A stretch of 64,000 nt of DNA from Vicinamibacterales bacterium (lineage in GTDB: Bacteria; Acidobacteriota; Vicinamibacteria; Vicinamibacterales; SCN-69-37). The notes beneath the pieces are model-generated. The model searched no databases and was not told the DNA's origin. It saw only the letters and a program-made list of their open reading frames with translations. A program made the position numbers and the translations under genes. Within the stretch, counting starts at the first letter, position 1, and every line of letters begins with the position of its first letter. Below are positions 37,020 through 48,564 of the stretch, piece by piece. The DNA lies in assembly GCA_030827135.1 (NCBI GenBank), contig JAURFE010000001.1, positions 430,368 through 494,367 on the forward strand, given 5' to 3'.

Positions 37020-37961
37020 ATGGCATTCAGCGGCACCGGCAAAGTGTGGATGAACGGCAAGCTTGTGGACTGGGCGAATGCGACGATGCACGTTGCCGCC
37101 CACGTCATTCACTACGGCTCGGGCGTGTTTGAGGGTGCGCGGTGTTACAACACGCCCAAGGGGTCTGCCTGCTTTCGTCTGGATGCCCATATGAGGCGCC
37201 TCTATGACTCCGCGCGAATCTACCGGATGGAGTACGCCGTCGGCCAGGACGAGATGACCACGGCCGTGCTCGACACCATCAAGGCGAACGGATTGCCCGC
37301 GTGTTACATCCGCCCCCTCATTTACCGCGGGTACAACGCACTGGGCGTCAACCCGCTGCCCTGCCCGGTGGATGGGCTGATCCTCGTGTGGGAATGGGGC
37401 GCGTATCTCGGCGCCGATGCGCTGGAACACGGCGTGGACGTCCGCGTCAGTTCCTGGACGCGCAGCGCGCCCAACACGTTCCCGGCGATGGCCAAGTCGG
37501 TCGCCAACTACGCCAACTCCGGCCTGATCAAGATGGAGGCGGTGGTTGAGGGTTACAGCGAAGGGATCGCGCTCAATCCGGGCGGAATGCTCAGCGAAGG
37601 CAGCGGCCAGAACCTGTTCCTGGTCCGCGATCACATCCTGTACACGCCGACGATGTCGTCGTCGGTGCTGCCGGGCATTACGCGCGATTCCGTGATGACG
37701 CTGGCGCGCGATCTCGGCTTCGAAGTGCGGGAAGCCCAGTTGCCGCGCGAGATGTTGTACATCGCCGACGAGGTGTTCTTTGTGGGCACGGCGGCCGAGA
37801 TCACGCCGATCCGATCGGTCGACAAAGTCACGATTGGCTCCGGCACACGTGGACCGGTGACGGCGACGCTGCAACAGGCCTTCTTCGACTACATCAACGG
37901 CGCCGTCGAGGACCGCCACGGCTGGCTGACCTACGTGGACGTGCCCGTCGCGACCAGGTGA
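37020..37961 (+). CDS. ilvE: Branched-chain amino acid aminotransferase
   Basis: VWMNGKLVDW...HVIHYGSGVFEGARCY, with GGGAG 8 nt upstream of the ATG. Confidence 0.93.
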   Translation: MAFSGTGKVWMNGKLVDWANATMHVAAHVIHYGSGVFEGARCYNTPKGSACFRLDAHMRRLYDSARIYRMEYAVGQDEMTTAVLDTIKANGLPACYIRPLIYRGYNALGVNPLPCPVDGLILVWEWGAYLGADALEHGVDVRVSSWTRSAPNTFPAMAKSVANYANSGLIKMEAVVEGYSEGIALNPGGMLSEGSGQNLFLVRDHILYTPTMSSSVLPGITRDSVMTLARDLGFEVREAQLPREMLYIADEVFFVGTAAEITPIRSVDKVTIGSGTRGPVTATLQQAFFDYINGAVEDRHGWLTYVDVPVATR

Positions 37962-37965
37962 CACC

Positions 37966-39072
37966 ATGACACACCGGACGGCGTTTGATGCGCTTCTCGT
38001 CGAGGCGGCGGCCAGGCGGGCGTCCGACCTGCACCTGCGCGTCGGGCAGCCGCCGCTCGTGCGGGTGAATGGCGATCTCGAGCGCTGGACGTCGTCGCCC
38101 ATCGTCACGAGGGACGATCTCGAGTCGCTGATCAGCGTGTGGCTTGATGCCGATCAACTCACGCGGCTCGATCGCATTCAGGAAGTGGACTTCGCCTGGT
38201 CGCTGCCCGGCGTGGGCCGGCTGCGCGCGAGTGTCTTCCGTGAACGCGGCCAGCCCGCCGTGGCCCTGCGTCTGATTCCCGCGCACATTCCGCCGATGGA
38301 TTCGCTGGGGCTGCCCGCGTCAGTGGCGGCACTGGTCGGCGAGTCGCGTGGACTCGTGCTGGTGACCGGCGCCACCGGCAGCGGCAAGAGCACCACACTG
38401 GCCGCCCTCGTCGCGGCGATCAACCAGTCGCGCAAGGTGCACATCCTCACCATTGAGGACCCGATTGAGTTTGTCCATGTCGACGACCAGGCGGTGGTCA
38501 GCCAGCGCGAAGTCGGCATTGACGTGCCGTCGTACTCGGCCGGTCTGAAAAGCGCCCTGCGCCAGGACCCGGATGTGATCCTGCTGGGTGAATTGCGGGA
38601 CGCCGAGACCATTGAGACGGCGCTTGTGGCTGCGGAGACGGGACACCTGGTCCTGTCGACGCTGCACACCCTTGATGCGCCTGAGACGATCAACCGCATC
38701 GTGTCGGTCTTCGCACCGCACCATCAGGGCCAGATCCGTCATCAGCTTGCGCGCGTGCTGCGCGCGGCGATTTCCCAGCGGTTGTTGCCGAAGGCCGACG
38801 GCCAGGGCCGCGCGCTCGCGGCGGAAGTCATGGTCTCGACGCCGTACATCCGTGACTGCATCGCCGACCGCGACAAGACCTCCCTGCTGGCAAGCGCCAT
38901 CGTGTCCGGCTCACACGAATACGGCATGCAGAGTTTCGACCAGTCGATCCTCGCGTTGACACAGTCCAGCAGCGTTTCGGTCGACGAAGCGCTGCGCTGG
39001 GTCACCAACGTCGAAGAGTTCAAGATGCGCCTGCGCGGCATCACGCCCGGCAGCGCCTCCTTCCGCCGGTGA
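37966..39072 (+). CDS. pilT: Type IV pilus twitching-motility ATPase PilT
   Basis: Walker A GATGSGKSTTLAA, Asp box, His box (TLHT) and a length of about 368 aa. Confidence 0.93.
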   Translation: MTHRTAFDALLVEAAARRASDLHLRVGQPPLVRVNGDLERWTSSPIVTRDDLESLISVWLDADQLTRLDRIQEVDFAWSLPGVGRLRASVFRERGQPAVALRLIPAHIPPMDSLGLPASVAALVGESRGLVLVTGATGSGKSTTLAALVAAINQSRKVHILTIEDPIEFVHVDDQAVVSQREVGIDVPSYSAGLKSALRQDPDVILLGELRDAETIETALVAAETGHLVLSTLHTLDAPETINRIVSVFAPHHQGQIRHQLARVLRAAISQRLLPKADGQGRALAAEVMVSTPYIRDCIADRDKTSLLASAIVSGSHEYGMQSFDQSILALTQSSSVSVDEALRWVTNVEEFKMRLRGITPGSASFRR

Positions 39073-39512
39073 CCCAGACCCGCGTGGCGGCGTTGCGGAT
39101 GCTGACGCGCCGCGAGTACACGGCATTCGAGCTCCGCGAAAAACTGCTCAAGAAGGAACATCCCCCCGACGACATCACGGCGGCACTGGAGAGCCTCGCG
39201 GCTGACCGGTTGCTCGACGACCGCCGCGTCGCGATAAGTTTTGTGCGCGTGGCTTCGTCGGTGAAAGGCCGCGGCCGGCTCCGCATTGCCCGGGAGCTCG
39301 AGGCCCGCGGCATCAGCAAATCAATCATCCGCGAGGCCCTCGACACACTCCCGGCCGAGGACGAGGTCGACTCGGTCCGCCGCTTTCTGGAGCGCAAGCG
39401 CCTCCCCCGTCACCTGCCGGCCGCCGACCACCGGCGCCTCTTTGCCCAGCTGCTGCGCCGGGGCTTCTCGGCCGACGTCATCGCCCGCGTCATCAAGGAC
39501 CGCCGTACGTAG
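39069..39512 (+). CDS. recX: Recombination regulator RecX
   Basis: ALRMLTRREYTAFELREKL, helical repeats, and its position immediately upstream of alaS. The GTG start overlaps the pilT stop. Confidence 0.85.
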   Translation: MTQTRVAALRMLTRREYTAFELREKLLKKEHPPDDITAALESLAADRLLDDRRVAISFVRVASSVKGRGRLRIARELEARGISKSIIREALDTLPAEDEVDSVRRFLERKRLPRHLPAADHRRLFAQLLRRGFSADVIARVIKDRRT

Positions 39513-39556
39513 GGCCCGCTGCCGTACGTAGGGCCCGCTGAACGTAGGGCCCGCTG
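39503..39556 (+). repeat. Tandem 19-bp duplication spanning the recX stop codon
   Basis: ccgtacgtagggcccgctg occurs at 39503-39521 and again, perfectly, at 39522-39540. A third partial copy, acgtagggcccgctg, is at 39542-39556. Confidence 0.95.
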
Positions 39557-39598
39557 AACTGTAGCGGGCCTGCGTCAGCCCGTTACAACCCAACGGGC
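39547..39598 (+). terminator. Two consecutive GC hairpins downstream of recX
   Basis: ggcccgct-gaactgt-agcgggcc (8 bp) and gcccgtt-acaaccc-aacgggc (7 bp). There is no U-tract, so intrinsic-terminator function is uncertain. Confidence 0.4.
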
Positions 39599-39631
39599 CC
39601 CACATACCCGGCTGTACAATGTCCTCTTGTC

Positions 39632-42320
<2,689 letters not shown>

Positions 42321-42325
<5 letters not shown>

Positions 42326-42354
42326 GGCAATTCCGTTATTCGAATTGCCTCATT
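42321..42354. terminator. Perfect 13-bp hairpin between convergent alaS and the pilin gene
   Basis: aatgaggcaattc (42321-42333), loop cgttattc, gaattgcctcatt (42342-42354). The left arm contains the alaS TGA. There is no U-tract on either side. Confidence 0.5.
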
Positions 42355-42355
42355 C

Positions 42356-42874
42356 TTAGGAATAAGGCGTAGCCGGCGGGCCGAAGGGTTCGGTCGGGGC
42401 GGCGGCTGCGGAAATCTGCCAGAGTGTCGCGCTCTGGTTGGTCGCGAAGGAGCGGCCACCCGTCGAACCAAACGTCTGCGGCACTGCGGTCGCGTAGTAG
42501 GCCGTTTGCGTCGCGGTGCCATTGCAGTCGTTTGGGCCGGCGGACGCACCGGCGCCGGGCGCCAACGCAAACTCGTAGCCGGCCTTGAAGGGCGTCGGCA
42601 GGTGGAATTCCGGCGAAATGAACGACTCGGTCTGCCCGGGAGGCGGCGTCGCGAGCACCGTAAACGACGGCGCAAAACCCTGGTTGCCGCAACTCGAGGA
42701 GTACGACACCTCAGCCACGTTGATGACGCGGAGCGACCCCGCCGCCGAGGATTCGTTCCCGGCCATCCGCGACCGCAACAGCCCCGGCACCGCAATCGCG
42801 GCAATGATGCTGATGATGGCCACGACAATCAGCAGCTCAATCAGCGTAAATCCGTCTTCGTGTTGCCTGGTCAT
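42356..42874 (-). CDS. Prepilin-type N-terminal cleavage/methylation domain protein (type IV pilin / pseudopilin-like)
   Basis: GFTLIELLIVVAIISIIAAIAVPGLL class-III signal, with GGAG 11 nt upstream of the ATG at 42874. Confidence 0.85.
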   Translation of the reverse strand: MTRQHEDGFTLIELLIVVAIISIIAAIAVPGLLRSRMAGNESSAAGSLRVINVAEVSYSSSCGNQGFAPSFTVLATPPPGQTESFISPEFHLPTPFKAGYEFALAPGAGASAGPNDCNGTATQTAYYATAVPQTFGSTGGRSFATNQSATLWQISAAAAPTEPFGPPATPYS

Positions 42875-43022
42875 GAGTGAGGGTCTCCGACGCTTTTGAC
42901 GTCCGACCGGCACAATTGGACGTTCGAGCGCTGCTGAGCTGACGATAACACGCCCATCCGTCCGGTCCCTCTGGATTGGTACGTCAAAATGCCACCAATA
43001 TCAGATGGATGAACCATGAACC

Positions 43023-43667
43023 CTACTTCGCGAGGCCAGGCAGCAGCCCCGCGATGCCTCGTCCCAGCAGGCCAAAGGCGGTGGCCGTGACGAGGATGCC
43101 CATCACGCGCGTGATGATGTTCATGCCGATCGGGCCGAGGCGGCGCGCGATCGGACCGGCGGACCGGAAGGTGATCCACATGAGCACCGCGATGCCGAGC
43201 GAGATGCCGGAGATGATCATCAGGTCGCGCATGGAGTCGAACGTGCTGGCCTGAATGATGACCGTGGTGATGGTGCCGGCGCCAACCGAACCAGGAATCG
43301 CGATCGGCACCACGGCGAGCGCCTTCCAGTGCTCCTCGGACACTTCCTGCGCCGAGTCTTTTTCGTCCTTCGTCAGCTTGACGTCCTCAACCACCGTCAC
43401 CATCTTCATCCCGTAGTTGAGCAGGATGAGACCGCCGGCGGCCTGGAGCATCGGCGTCGTCAGCCCCATCAGCCCGAGGATCGAATTGCCGAGCCACGCG
43501 CATACGAGCAGAATGGTCAGAATCGCGAACGCACTCTGATTGGACATCCGATGCTGAATCGCGGGCGTGAACTTCCCGGCAAGCGCGGCGAACAACACGG
43601 CCGACGCCACCGGGTTCACAATCGCGAGAAGCGACGTCGAAAACAGAATCACGTCCTGCAGGGTCAC
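43023..43667 (-). CDS. MarC family integral membrane protein (UPF0056)
   Basis: Length of about 214 aa, six hydrophobic segments, and the N-terminus LLAIVNPVASAVLFAAL typical of MarC. Confidence 0.85.
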   Translation of the reverse strand: MTLQDVILFSTSLLAIVNPVASAVLFAALAGKFTPAIQHRMSNQSAFAILTILLVCAWLGNSILGLMGLTTPMLQAAGGLILLNYGMKMVTVVEDVKLTKDEKDSAQEVSEEHWKALAVVPIAIPGSVGAGTITTVIIQASTFDSMRDLMIISGISLGIAVLMWITFRSAGPIARRLGPIGMNIITRVMGILVTATAFGLLGRGIAGLLPGLAK

Positions 43668-43670
43668 CGC

Positions 43671-44093
43671 TCAGCCTTTCGTCAGCAGATACACCGCGGC
43701 GGCCGCACACACAAATCCCGCCGCCTGTCGCCCGGTCGGCACCTGGCCACCCGGCAGCGCCCATGCGAGCAGTGCGACCGCCGTGACCTGCAGGACCGAG
43801 ACCAGCACGAGAAACGCGGCGGTGGGCACAGTCGGGTCGGCGGCCTTCGACGCGTAGACGTACACCGCTCCGCCGTTGGCCAGTGCCGCGGTACCCAGCA
43901 ACCACCACGCACGGCCGGTCGGCAGGGTGGCGCCCAGTTGCGGTACGGCCAACAGCGCCACCGTCAGCGCTGAACCGGCCATCACGACCACACTCATCCA
44001 GGCACCAGTGGCCCGCGACTCACGTCCGAGCAGCGGCCACGCCGCAAATGCGAGCGCCACGAACACCGCGCTCAGAATGACGCCGGAGGTCAT
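43671..44093 (-). CDS. Small 4-TM membrane protein (EamA/DMT-half-like)
   Basis: Four hydrophobic helices. The family call is weak. Start is taken at the ATG at 44093. Confidence 0.5.
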   Translation of the reverse strand: MTSGVILSAVFVALAFAAWPLLGRESRATGAWMSVVVMAGSALTVALLAVPQLGATLPTGRAWWLLGTAALANGGAVYVYASKAADPTVPTAAFLVLVSVLQVTAVALLAWALPGGQVPTGRQAAGFVCAAAAVYLLTKG

Positions 44094-44100
44094 CGTCGGG

Positions 44101-44610
44101 TCACAGGCCGCTGGCCTCAAGCAGGCCCATGACCTGCTGCTCGAACCACTCGGGTGACGCCGAGCCGAGGTGTTTCAGGTAGACGGTGCCATCCGGCTTT
44201 ACGAACCAGGACACGGGATACGCCATAATCGCCCGGTACGCCTCCATCACATCGTCGCGATTCCGTGCGACAAACAACGGATAGTTGATACCGAACTCGG
44301 CCGCGAATGCCTTGATATCCTCCGGAGTGTCAGACACCGAGATGCCGAGAATGGTGAAGCCCTTGTCCTTGTACTTCTCCACCAGCTTGATGAACACCGG
44401 CGTCTCCTGCCGGCATGGTGGACAGGTGGTGTACCAGAAGTTCACGATCAGCGGGCGGCCGCGGTAATCGGACAGACGCACGTCTTCGCCGTCGGGATTC
44501 TTCAGAATGAACCCGAGGTCCGCGATGTCCTCCCGCTTCTCGGCCGGATTGCAGGCGGCGCCGAGCAGGAGTGCACTCAGGAGCCCTACGGTAATCTGAA
44601 GTCGGCGCAT
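44101..44610 (-). CDS. TlpA-family thiol:disulfide oxidoreductase (redoxin), lipoprotein-like
   Basis: LIVNFWYTTCPPCRQETP (CxxC), with the signal/lipobox-like LLLGAAC. Confidence 0.88.
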   Translation of the reverse strand: MRRLQITVGLLSALLLGAACNPAEKREDIADLGFILKNPDGEDVRLSDYRGRPLIVNFWYTTCPPCRQETPVFIKLVEKYKDKGFTILGISVSDTPEDIKAFAAEFGINYPLFVARNRDDVMEAYRAIMAYPVSWFVKPDGTVYLKHLGSASPEWFEQQVMGLLEASGL

Positions 44611-44638
44611 AGCCAATGATAAGGTGCTGACGGGCCCT

Positions 44639-45025
44639 ATGAGAATTGACGTGTGGCTGGATGTGGCGTGCCTCTGCAAGACGCGCACAGAGGCAAAGCG
44701 GTTTTGTGAAGGCGGCAAGGTCAGCCTCAACGGCCAGTCGGCCAAACCCCACCGCGAGCTCAAACTCGGCGATGTCGTCGACGTCAGCAAGTCCCCGGGC
44801 CAGCGCCTGCGGGTCATCGTGCGCGGCCTGACCGAGCAGCACATCCCCAAGGCCGAGGCCCGGAAACTCTACGAAGATGTGACACCCGAGCCCTCGCCCG
44901 AGGTCAAAGCCATGCTGGAACTGGCGCGGTTGGCCGGCCCCAGGCCCGCCCGCGGCCCCGCGGCCCCACTCGACAAATACGAGAAGCGCCGACGCCGTGA
45001 CGCCAAGGAACGGGGTGACGTCTGA
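44639..45025 (+). CDS. hslR: Ribosome-associated heat-shock protein Hsp15 (S4 domain)
   Basis: MRIDVWLDVACLCKTRTEAKRFCEGGKVSLNG S4 fold and a basic C-terminal tail, as in HslR. Confidence 0.8.
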   Translation: MRIDVWLDVACLCKTRTEAKRFCEGGKVSLNGQSAKPHRELKLGDVVDVSKSPGQRLRVIVRGLTEQHIPKAEARKLYEDVTPEPSPEVKAMLELARLAGPRPARGPAAPLDKYEKRRRRDAKERGDV

Positions 45026-45034
45026 GGCATGTAG

Positions 45035-45057
45035 GGCGCACTGGTTTGCAGTGCGCC
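45035..45057 (+). terminator. Hairpin after hslR
   Basis: ggcgcactg-gtttg-cagtgcgcc, a 9-bp perfect stem 10 nt after the stop. There is no clear U-tract. Confidence 0.45.
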
Positions 45058-45090
45058 ATGACACGGTTGTAAGACTGCCCCTCCCCCGGG

Positions 45091-45099
45091 TGGTATACT
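45091..45099 (+). promoter_or_regulatory. Candidate extended -10 promoter of rpsT
   Basis: TGgTATACT about 60 nt upstream of the rpsT GTG. The leader carries AAGAGG 10 nt before the start. Confidence 0.4.
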
Positions 45100-45159
45100 T
45101 CGGTGTTTCCGGGCAGCGCGGCTGTCCGCTTCCTACGGACATCAAAGAGGTTTCATCAC

Positions 45160-45432
45160 GTGGCTACTCGACACAAATCAGCACTCAAGGCGAACCGCCA
45201 GACCATCACGCGCACCGCGCACAACCGTGAACTGCGATCCAAGCTCCGCACGGGCCTCAAGTCCATCCGCGCGGCGATCGATTCGGGTGACACGGCGGCG
45301 GCCAAGGCGGCCCTGAGCCAGACCTTCTCGCTCATCGACAAGATGTCCAAGAAGAAGATCATTCACGACAACGCGGCCGGCCGGTACAAGTCGCGCATCG
45401 CGAAGAGCCTCACCAAAAAGACCTCGGCGTAA
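45160..45432 (+). CDS. rpsT: 30S ribosomal protein S20
   Basis: ATRHKSALKANRQTITRTAHNRELRSKLRT...IIHDNAAGRYKSR. 90 aa, GTG start with an SD. Confidence 0.93.
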   Translation: MATRHKSALKANRQTITRTAHNRELRSKLRTGLKSIRAAIDSGDTAAAKAALSQTFSLIDKMSKKKIIHDNAAGRYKSRIAKSLTKKTSA

Positions 45433-45464
45433 AGGGAGGCCGGACCTTCAGGTCCGGCCATCCT
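45433..45464. terminator. Bidirectional hairpin between rpsT and the M24 peptidase
   Basis: ggccggacc-ttca-ggtccggcc, a 9-bp perfect stem extended by aggga/tcct pairing. It fills the 33-bp convergent gap. Confidence 0.65.
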
Positions 45465-45465
45465 C

Positions 45466-46878
45466 CTACCGCCGGATCGTCTGCAGGATCCCGTCTTCCT
45501 TCATCAGCGCTTCGATCTCGGCAACCGTGCGCGGCGCGCCAGCCGAGAGCACCTCACGCCCGGTGGCGGTGATCGCGACGGTATCCTCAATGCGGATGCC
45601 AATCTCCTCGTCGATCCGGAACAGCTGAATATCACAGGCGAAGACGAAGCCGGGCTGCAGCACTTCGTCGGGGCCGCCAAACGTGCCCATCACGTCGTGT
45701 GTCGCCAGACCAATGGAGTGGTTGTAGCCCCCGTAGCGGATGATGCTGGCGAAGTCGGCCGCAAACCGCTCAAGCCCGTTGGCCTTGAGCGCCTCGTCCA
45801 TACGCTGCCCCACCTGACGAAGGGTGATGCCTGGCCGGTAGGCATCAATCGCCGCGTTGCGCACCACAAGCGCCGCCTCATACAACTCGCGTTGTCTCGC
45901 CGAAAACTTCCCTGACACGGGGAACGTGGTCGAAATATCCACGTGGTAATTGCCGACATCAGGCCCCGCATCAAGGATCACGAAGTCACCATCGGCCAGC
46001 ACCCGGTCGTAGGCGTGGTAGTGACCATAGGCGTGATTCTTCCCGGACATGATGATCGTGTAGTACGCCAGACCGCGGCTGCCGCCCAGCGCAGAGACGA
46101 AGTCGAACACGGCCGCCAGTGACCGTTCGGCGACGCCCGGCTGCGTCGACCGGATGAAGGCCTTGTGCGCCTCGACGCCCAGTTGCGCCGCCTCACGCAT
46201 GATGGCCAGTTCCGCCGCCGACTTGTACTTCCGCAGGTTCCAGACCAGCGGCGAACTGTCGCGCACGTCGGCCTGCGGGAACCTCTCGCGCAGCAGCTTC
46301 ACAAACTGCAGTTCCCGCGTCAGTCGCCCGTCCCACACATTCATCGTCATCGATCGCTGCAGCGCATTGAACTTCTCGTTACTGTTTTCCGGACCAATCT
46401 CTTCCGGCCGAAACAGGGTGTAGATCGGGGTGTTGCGGCGCACCAGGCCGGCGAGATACGCGTCAAACCCATCAACCGGCATGACGCGCTCGATGCCCGT
46501 GGTGGTGGTGGGCGCACGGACGAGGGCCACCGGAAGCCCCAGGCCATCGGCCTCCTTTTCGTTCATCGTAAAAAACAGGACGCTTTCCTTCCGCTGGCCG
46601 TCAACGACCAGGATGGCGTCCGGAATCTCCACGCCGGTCATGTAGAAGAAATCGTGTCCCTGCCTGAACGCCACGTCACTGGCCGGCGTCGTCGCCCCCC
46701 AGAAGATCGCGACCCCGTTGCCGATGTCGCCCATCAGACGGCTGCGCCGTGTGGCGTACTCTGCCGTATCGAGCGTCTCGAGTGCCCGGGCCGTGGGCGC
46801 CGCGGTTATCAGTGATACGGCCACACAGACAAGTACCGCCGCCAGAAGGTGTCGTCTCATCGCAAGTCTCCCCATCAC
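45466..46878 (-). CDS. Secreted Xaa-Pro aminopeptidase (peptidase M24B)
   Basis: Signal peptide, then an M24 pita-bread core (DFVILDAGPDVGNYHVDISTTFP, HSIGLATHD, IRIEDTV). The start could be the GTG at 46878, the ATG at 46875 or the ATG at 46860. Confidence 0.88.
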   Translation of the reverse strand: MMGRLAMRRHLLAAVLVCVAVSLITAAPTARALETLDTAEYATRRSRLMGDIGNGVAIFWGATTPASDVAFRQGHDFFYMTGVEIPDAILVVDGQRKESVLFFTMNEKEADGLGLPVALVRAPTTTTGIERVMPVDGFDAYLAGLVRRNTPIYTLFRPEEIGPENSNEKFNALQRSMTMNVWDGRLTRELQFVKLLRERFPQADVRDSSPLVWNLRKYKSAAELAIMREAAQLGVEAHKAFIRSTQPGVAERSLAAVFDFVSALGGSRGLAYYTIIMSGKNHAYGHYHAYDRVLADGDFVILDAGPDVGNYHVDISTTFPVSGKFSARQRELYEAALVVRNAAIDAYRPGITLRQVGQRMDEALKANGLERFAADFASIIRYGGYNHSIGLATHDVMGTFGGPDEVLQPGFVFACDIQLFRIDEEIGIRIEDTVAITATGREVLSAGAPRTVAEIEALMKEDGILQTIRR

Positions 46879-46920
46879 GGCGCATCATACGCGGGACGCC
46901 GCCCCGGCGTATCATGCGCC
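46879..46920. promoter_or_regulatory. Palindromic divergent promoter pair (two -10 boxes, leaderless geometry)
   Basis: Arms ggcgcatcatacgc (46879-46892) and gcgtatcatgcgcc (46907-46920) match at 13 of 14 positions as an inverted repeat. This gives TATGAT 5 nt before the minus-strand GTG and TATCAT 5 nt before the plus-strand ATG. Neither side has an SD. Confidence 0.5.
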
Positions 46921-48564
46921 ATGCGATTGAAGGCTCTCGTCCTCCTGCTGGTGCTCCTGGGTGGCCTCCCCCTGGCGGCCGATACCTACCCGCGTCAACC
47001 GCTCGATGTGGAGCACTACCGCTTCGCCCTCGGGCTCTCCGACACCACCGACCGCATCACCGGTACGGCGACGGTACGCGTCCGGATGCTGGCGGCGGGC
47101 GTGCGAACCGTGGCGCTGGACCTCGGGGGGACGACGACCGCGCGCGCCGGTCGCGGCATGACCGTCGAACGCGTCACCGTCGACGGCGCCTCGGCGACAT
47201 ATGCGCACACGGCCGATCGCCTGACCGTCACCCTTCCTGCGGCGTCGCGCGACCGGCAGCGCCTCGACCTCGTGATTCAGTACGCCGGCATTCCCCACGA
47301 GGGCCTGCAGATCAAGCCCAACCGCCACGGCGACCGCACGTTCTTCAGCGACAACTGGCCGGACAAAGCCCGCCAGTGGCTGCCGACCATCGACCACATC
47401 TCCGACAAGGCGACGATGGAGATGGTGGTGGATGCGCCGGCACACTACCAGGTGATCTCCAACGGCCGACGGGTGGAAGAAACAGACCTTCCGGCCGGCA
47501 TGCGTCGGACGGTGTGGCACGCGACGGTCCCCATTTCGCCGTGGCTCTACGCCCTGGGTGTGGCGCGGTTTGCCGTGCAACACGTCGGCGACTACAACGG
47601 CGTGCCGATCGAGACGTGGGTCTTCGCGCAGGACCGTGACGCGGGATTCCACGACTTCGCCGTGCCGACCCGCGAGGCGCTGGCCTTCTACAGCGAACGC
47701 GTGGGCCCGTACTCCTACGAGAAGCTGGCGAACGTGCAGTCCAACTCGGTCAGCGGCGGCATGGAGTCGGCATCGGCTCTGTTCTACGCCCCGGGCAGCG
47801 TGGTCGGCGACAGAAACACCCGCTGGCGAAACGTGGTCATCCACGAGATCGCCCATCAGTGGTTCGGCAACGCCGTCACCGAACACAACTGGGACGATGT
47901 GTGGCTGAGCGAAGGGTTCGCAACGTACTTCACCCAGCTTTTCATCGAACACGCCTACGGGCGCGACGAGTTTGTCGACAACATGCGCCGCTCCCGGCAG
48001 ACGATTCTCGACTTCTACGCCAAGACCCCCGACTACCGCATCGTCCACGACAACCTCAATGACATGTCGCGCGTCACCACGGGCATGACGTATCAGAAGG
48101 GCGCGTGGGTCCTGCACATGCTGCGGCAGCGGATGGGGGACGACCGTTTCTGGGCCGGCATCCGCACGTACTACCGGCGTTATCAGGACGCCAGTGCCTC
48201 GACGGCCGACTTCCGCGAGGTGATGGAGCAGACGTCCGGCGAGTCGCTGACGACGTTCTTCGACCAGTGGCTCTACCGTGGGGGCAACCCGCAACTGTCG
48301 GTCACCTGGGCCTGGGATTCCACCGCGCGCACCGTGACGGTCACCGTGACACAAACGCAGCCCGGTCCGCCCTTCGCGCTGCCCCTTGAACTGGGTGTGC
48401 GGACGGCCACAGGGGCGACACGCATTGAGCGCATCGACATGAACGGCGCATCCGCCACGGCGACGTTCAAGGCTGAGCAGGAGCTGGCGGCGATTGTCGT
48501 GGACCCGAACGTCCGTTTGCTCGCGGCGACGGAATCAGCCGCGAGCCGCAAGGAGAAGATGTGA
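46921..48564 (+). CDS. Secreted M1-family metallopeptidase (aminopeptidase N-like)
   Basis: HEIAHQWFGN plus WLSEGFATY (HExxH-18-E) and a signal peptide MRLKALVLLLVLLGG. Confidence 0.92.
   Translation: MRLKALVLLLVLLGGLPLAADTYPRQPLDVEHYRFALGLSDTTDRITGTATVRVRMLAAGVRTVALDLGGTTTARAGRGMTVERVTVDGASATYAHTADRLTVTLPAASRDRQRLDLVIQYAGIPHEGLQIKPNRHGDRTFFSDNWPDKARQWLPTIDHISDKATMEMVVDAPAHYQVISNGRRVEETDLPAGMRRTVWHATVPISPWLYALGVARFAVQHVGDYNGVPIETWVFAQDRDAGFHDFAVPTREALAFYSERVGPYSYEKLANVQSNSVSGGMESASALFYAPGSVVGDRNTRWRNVVIHEIAHQWFGNAVTEHNWDDVWLSEGFATYFTQLFIEHAYGRDEFVDNMRRSRQTILDFYAKTPDYRIVHDNLNDMSRVTTGMTYQKGAWVLHMLRQRMGDDRFWAGIRTYYRRYQDASASTADFREVMEQTSGESLTTFFDQWLYRGGNPQLSVTWAWDSTARTVTVTVTQTQPGPPFALPLELGVRTATGATRIERIDMNGASATATFKAEQELAAIVVDPNVRLLAATESAASRKEKM

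Noticed and set aside
42875-43022. 148-bp gap upstream of the pilin gene searched for a sigma54 promoter or a small RNA
   Set aside because: The only TGG-N-GC-like string (tggtacgtcaaaatgc) has the wrong spacing and faces away from the pilin gene. There is no convincing structure or ORF.
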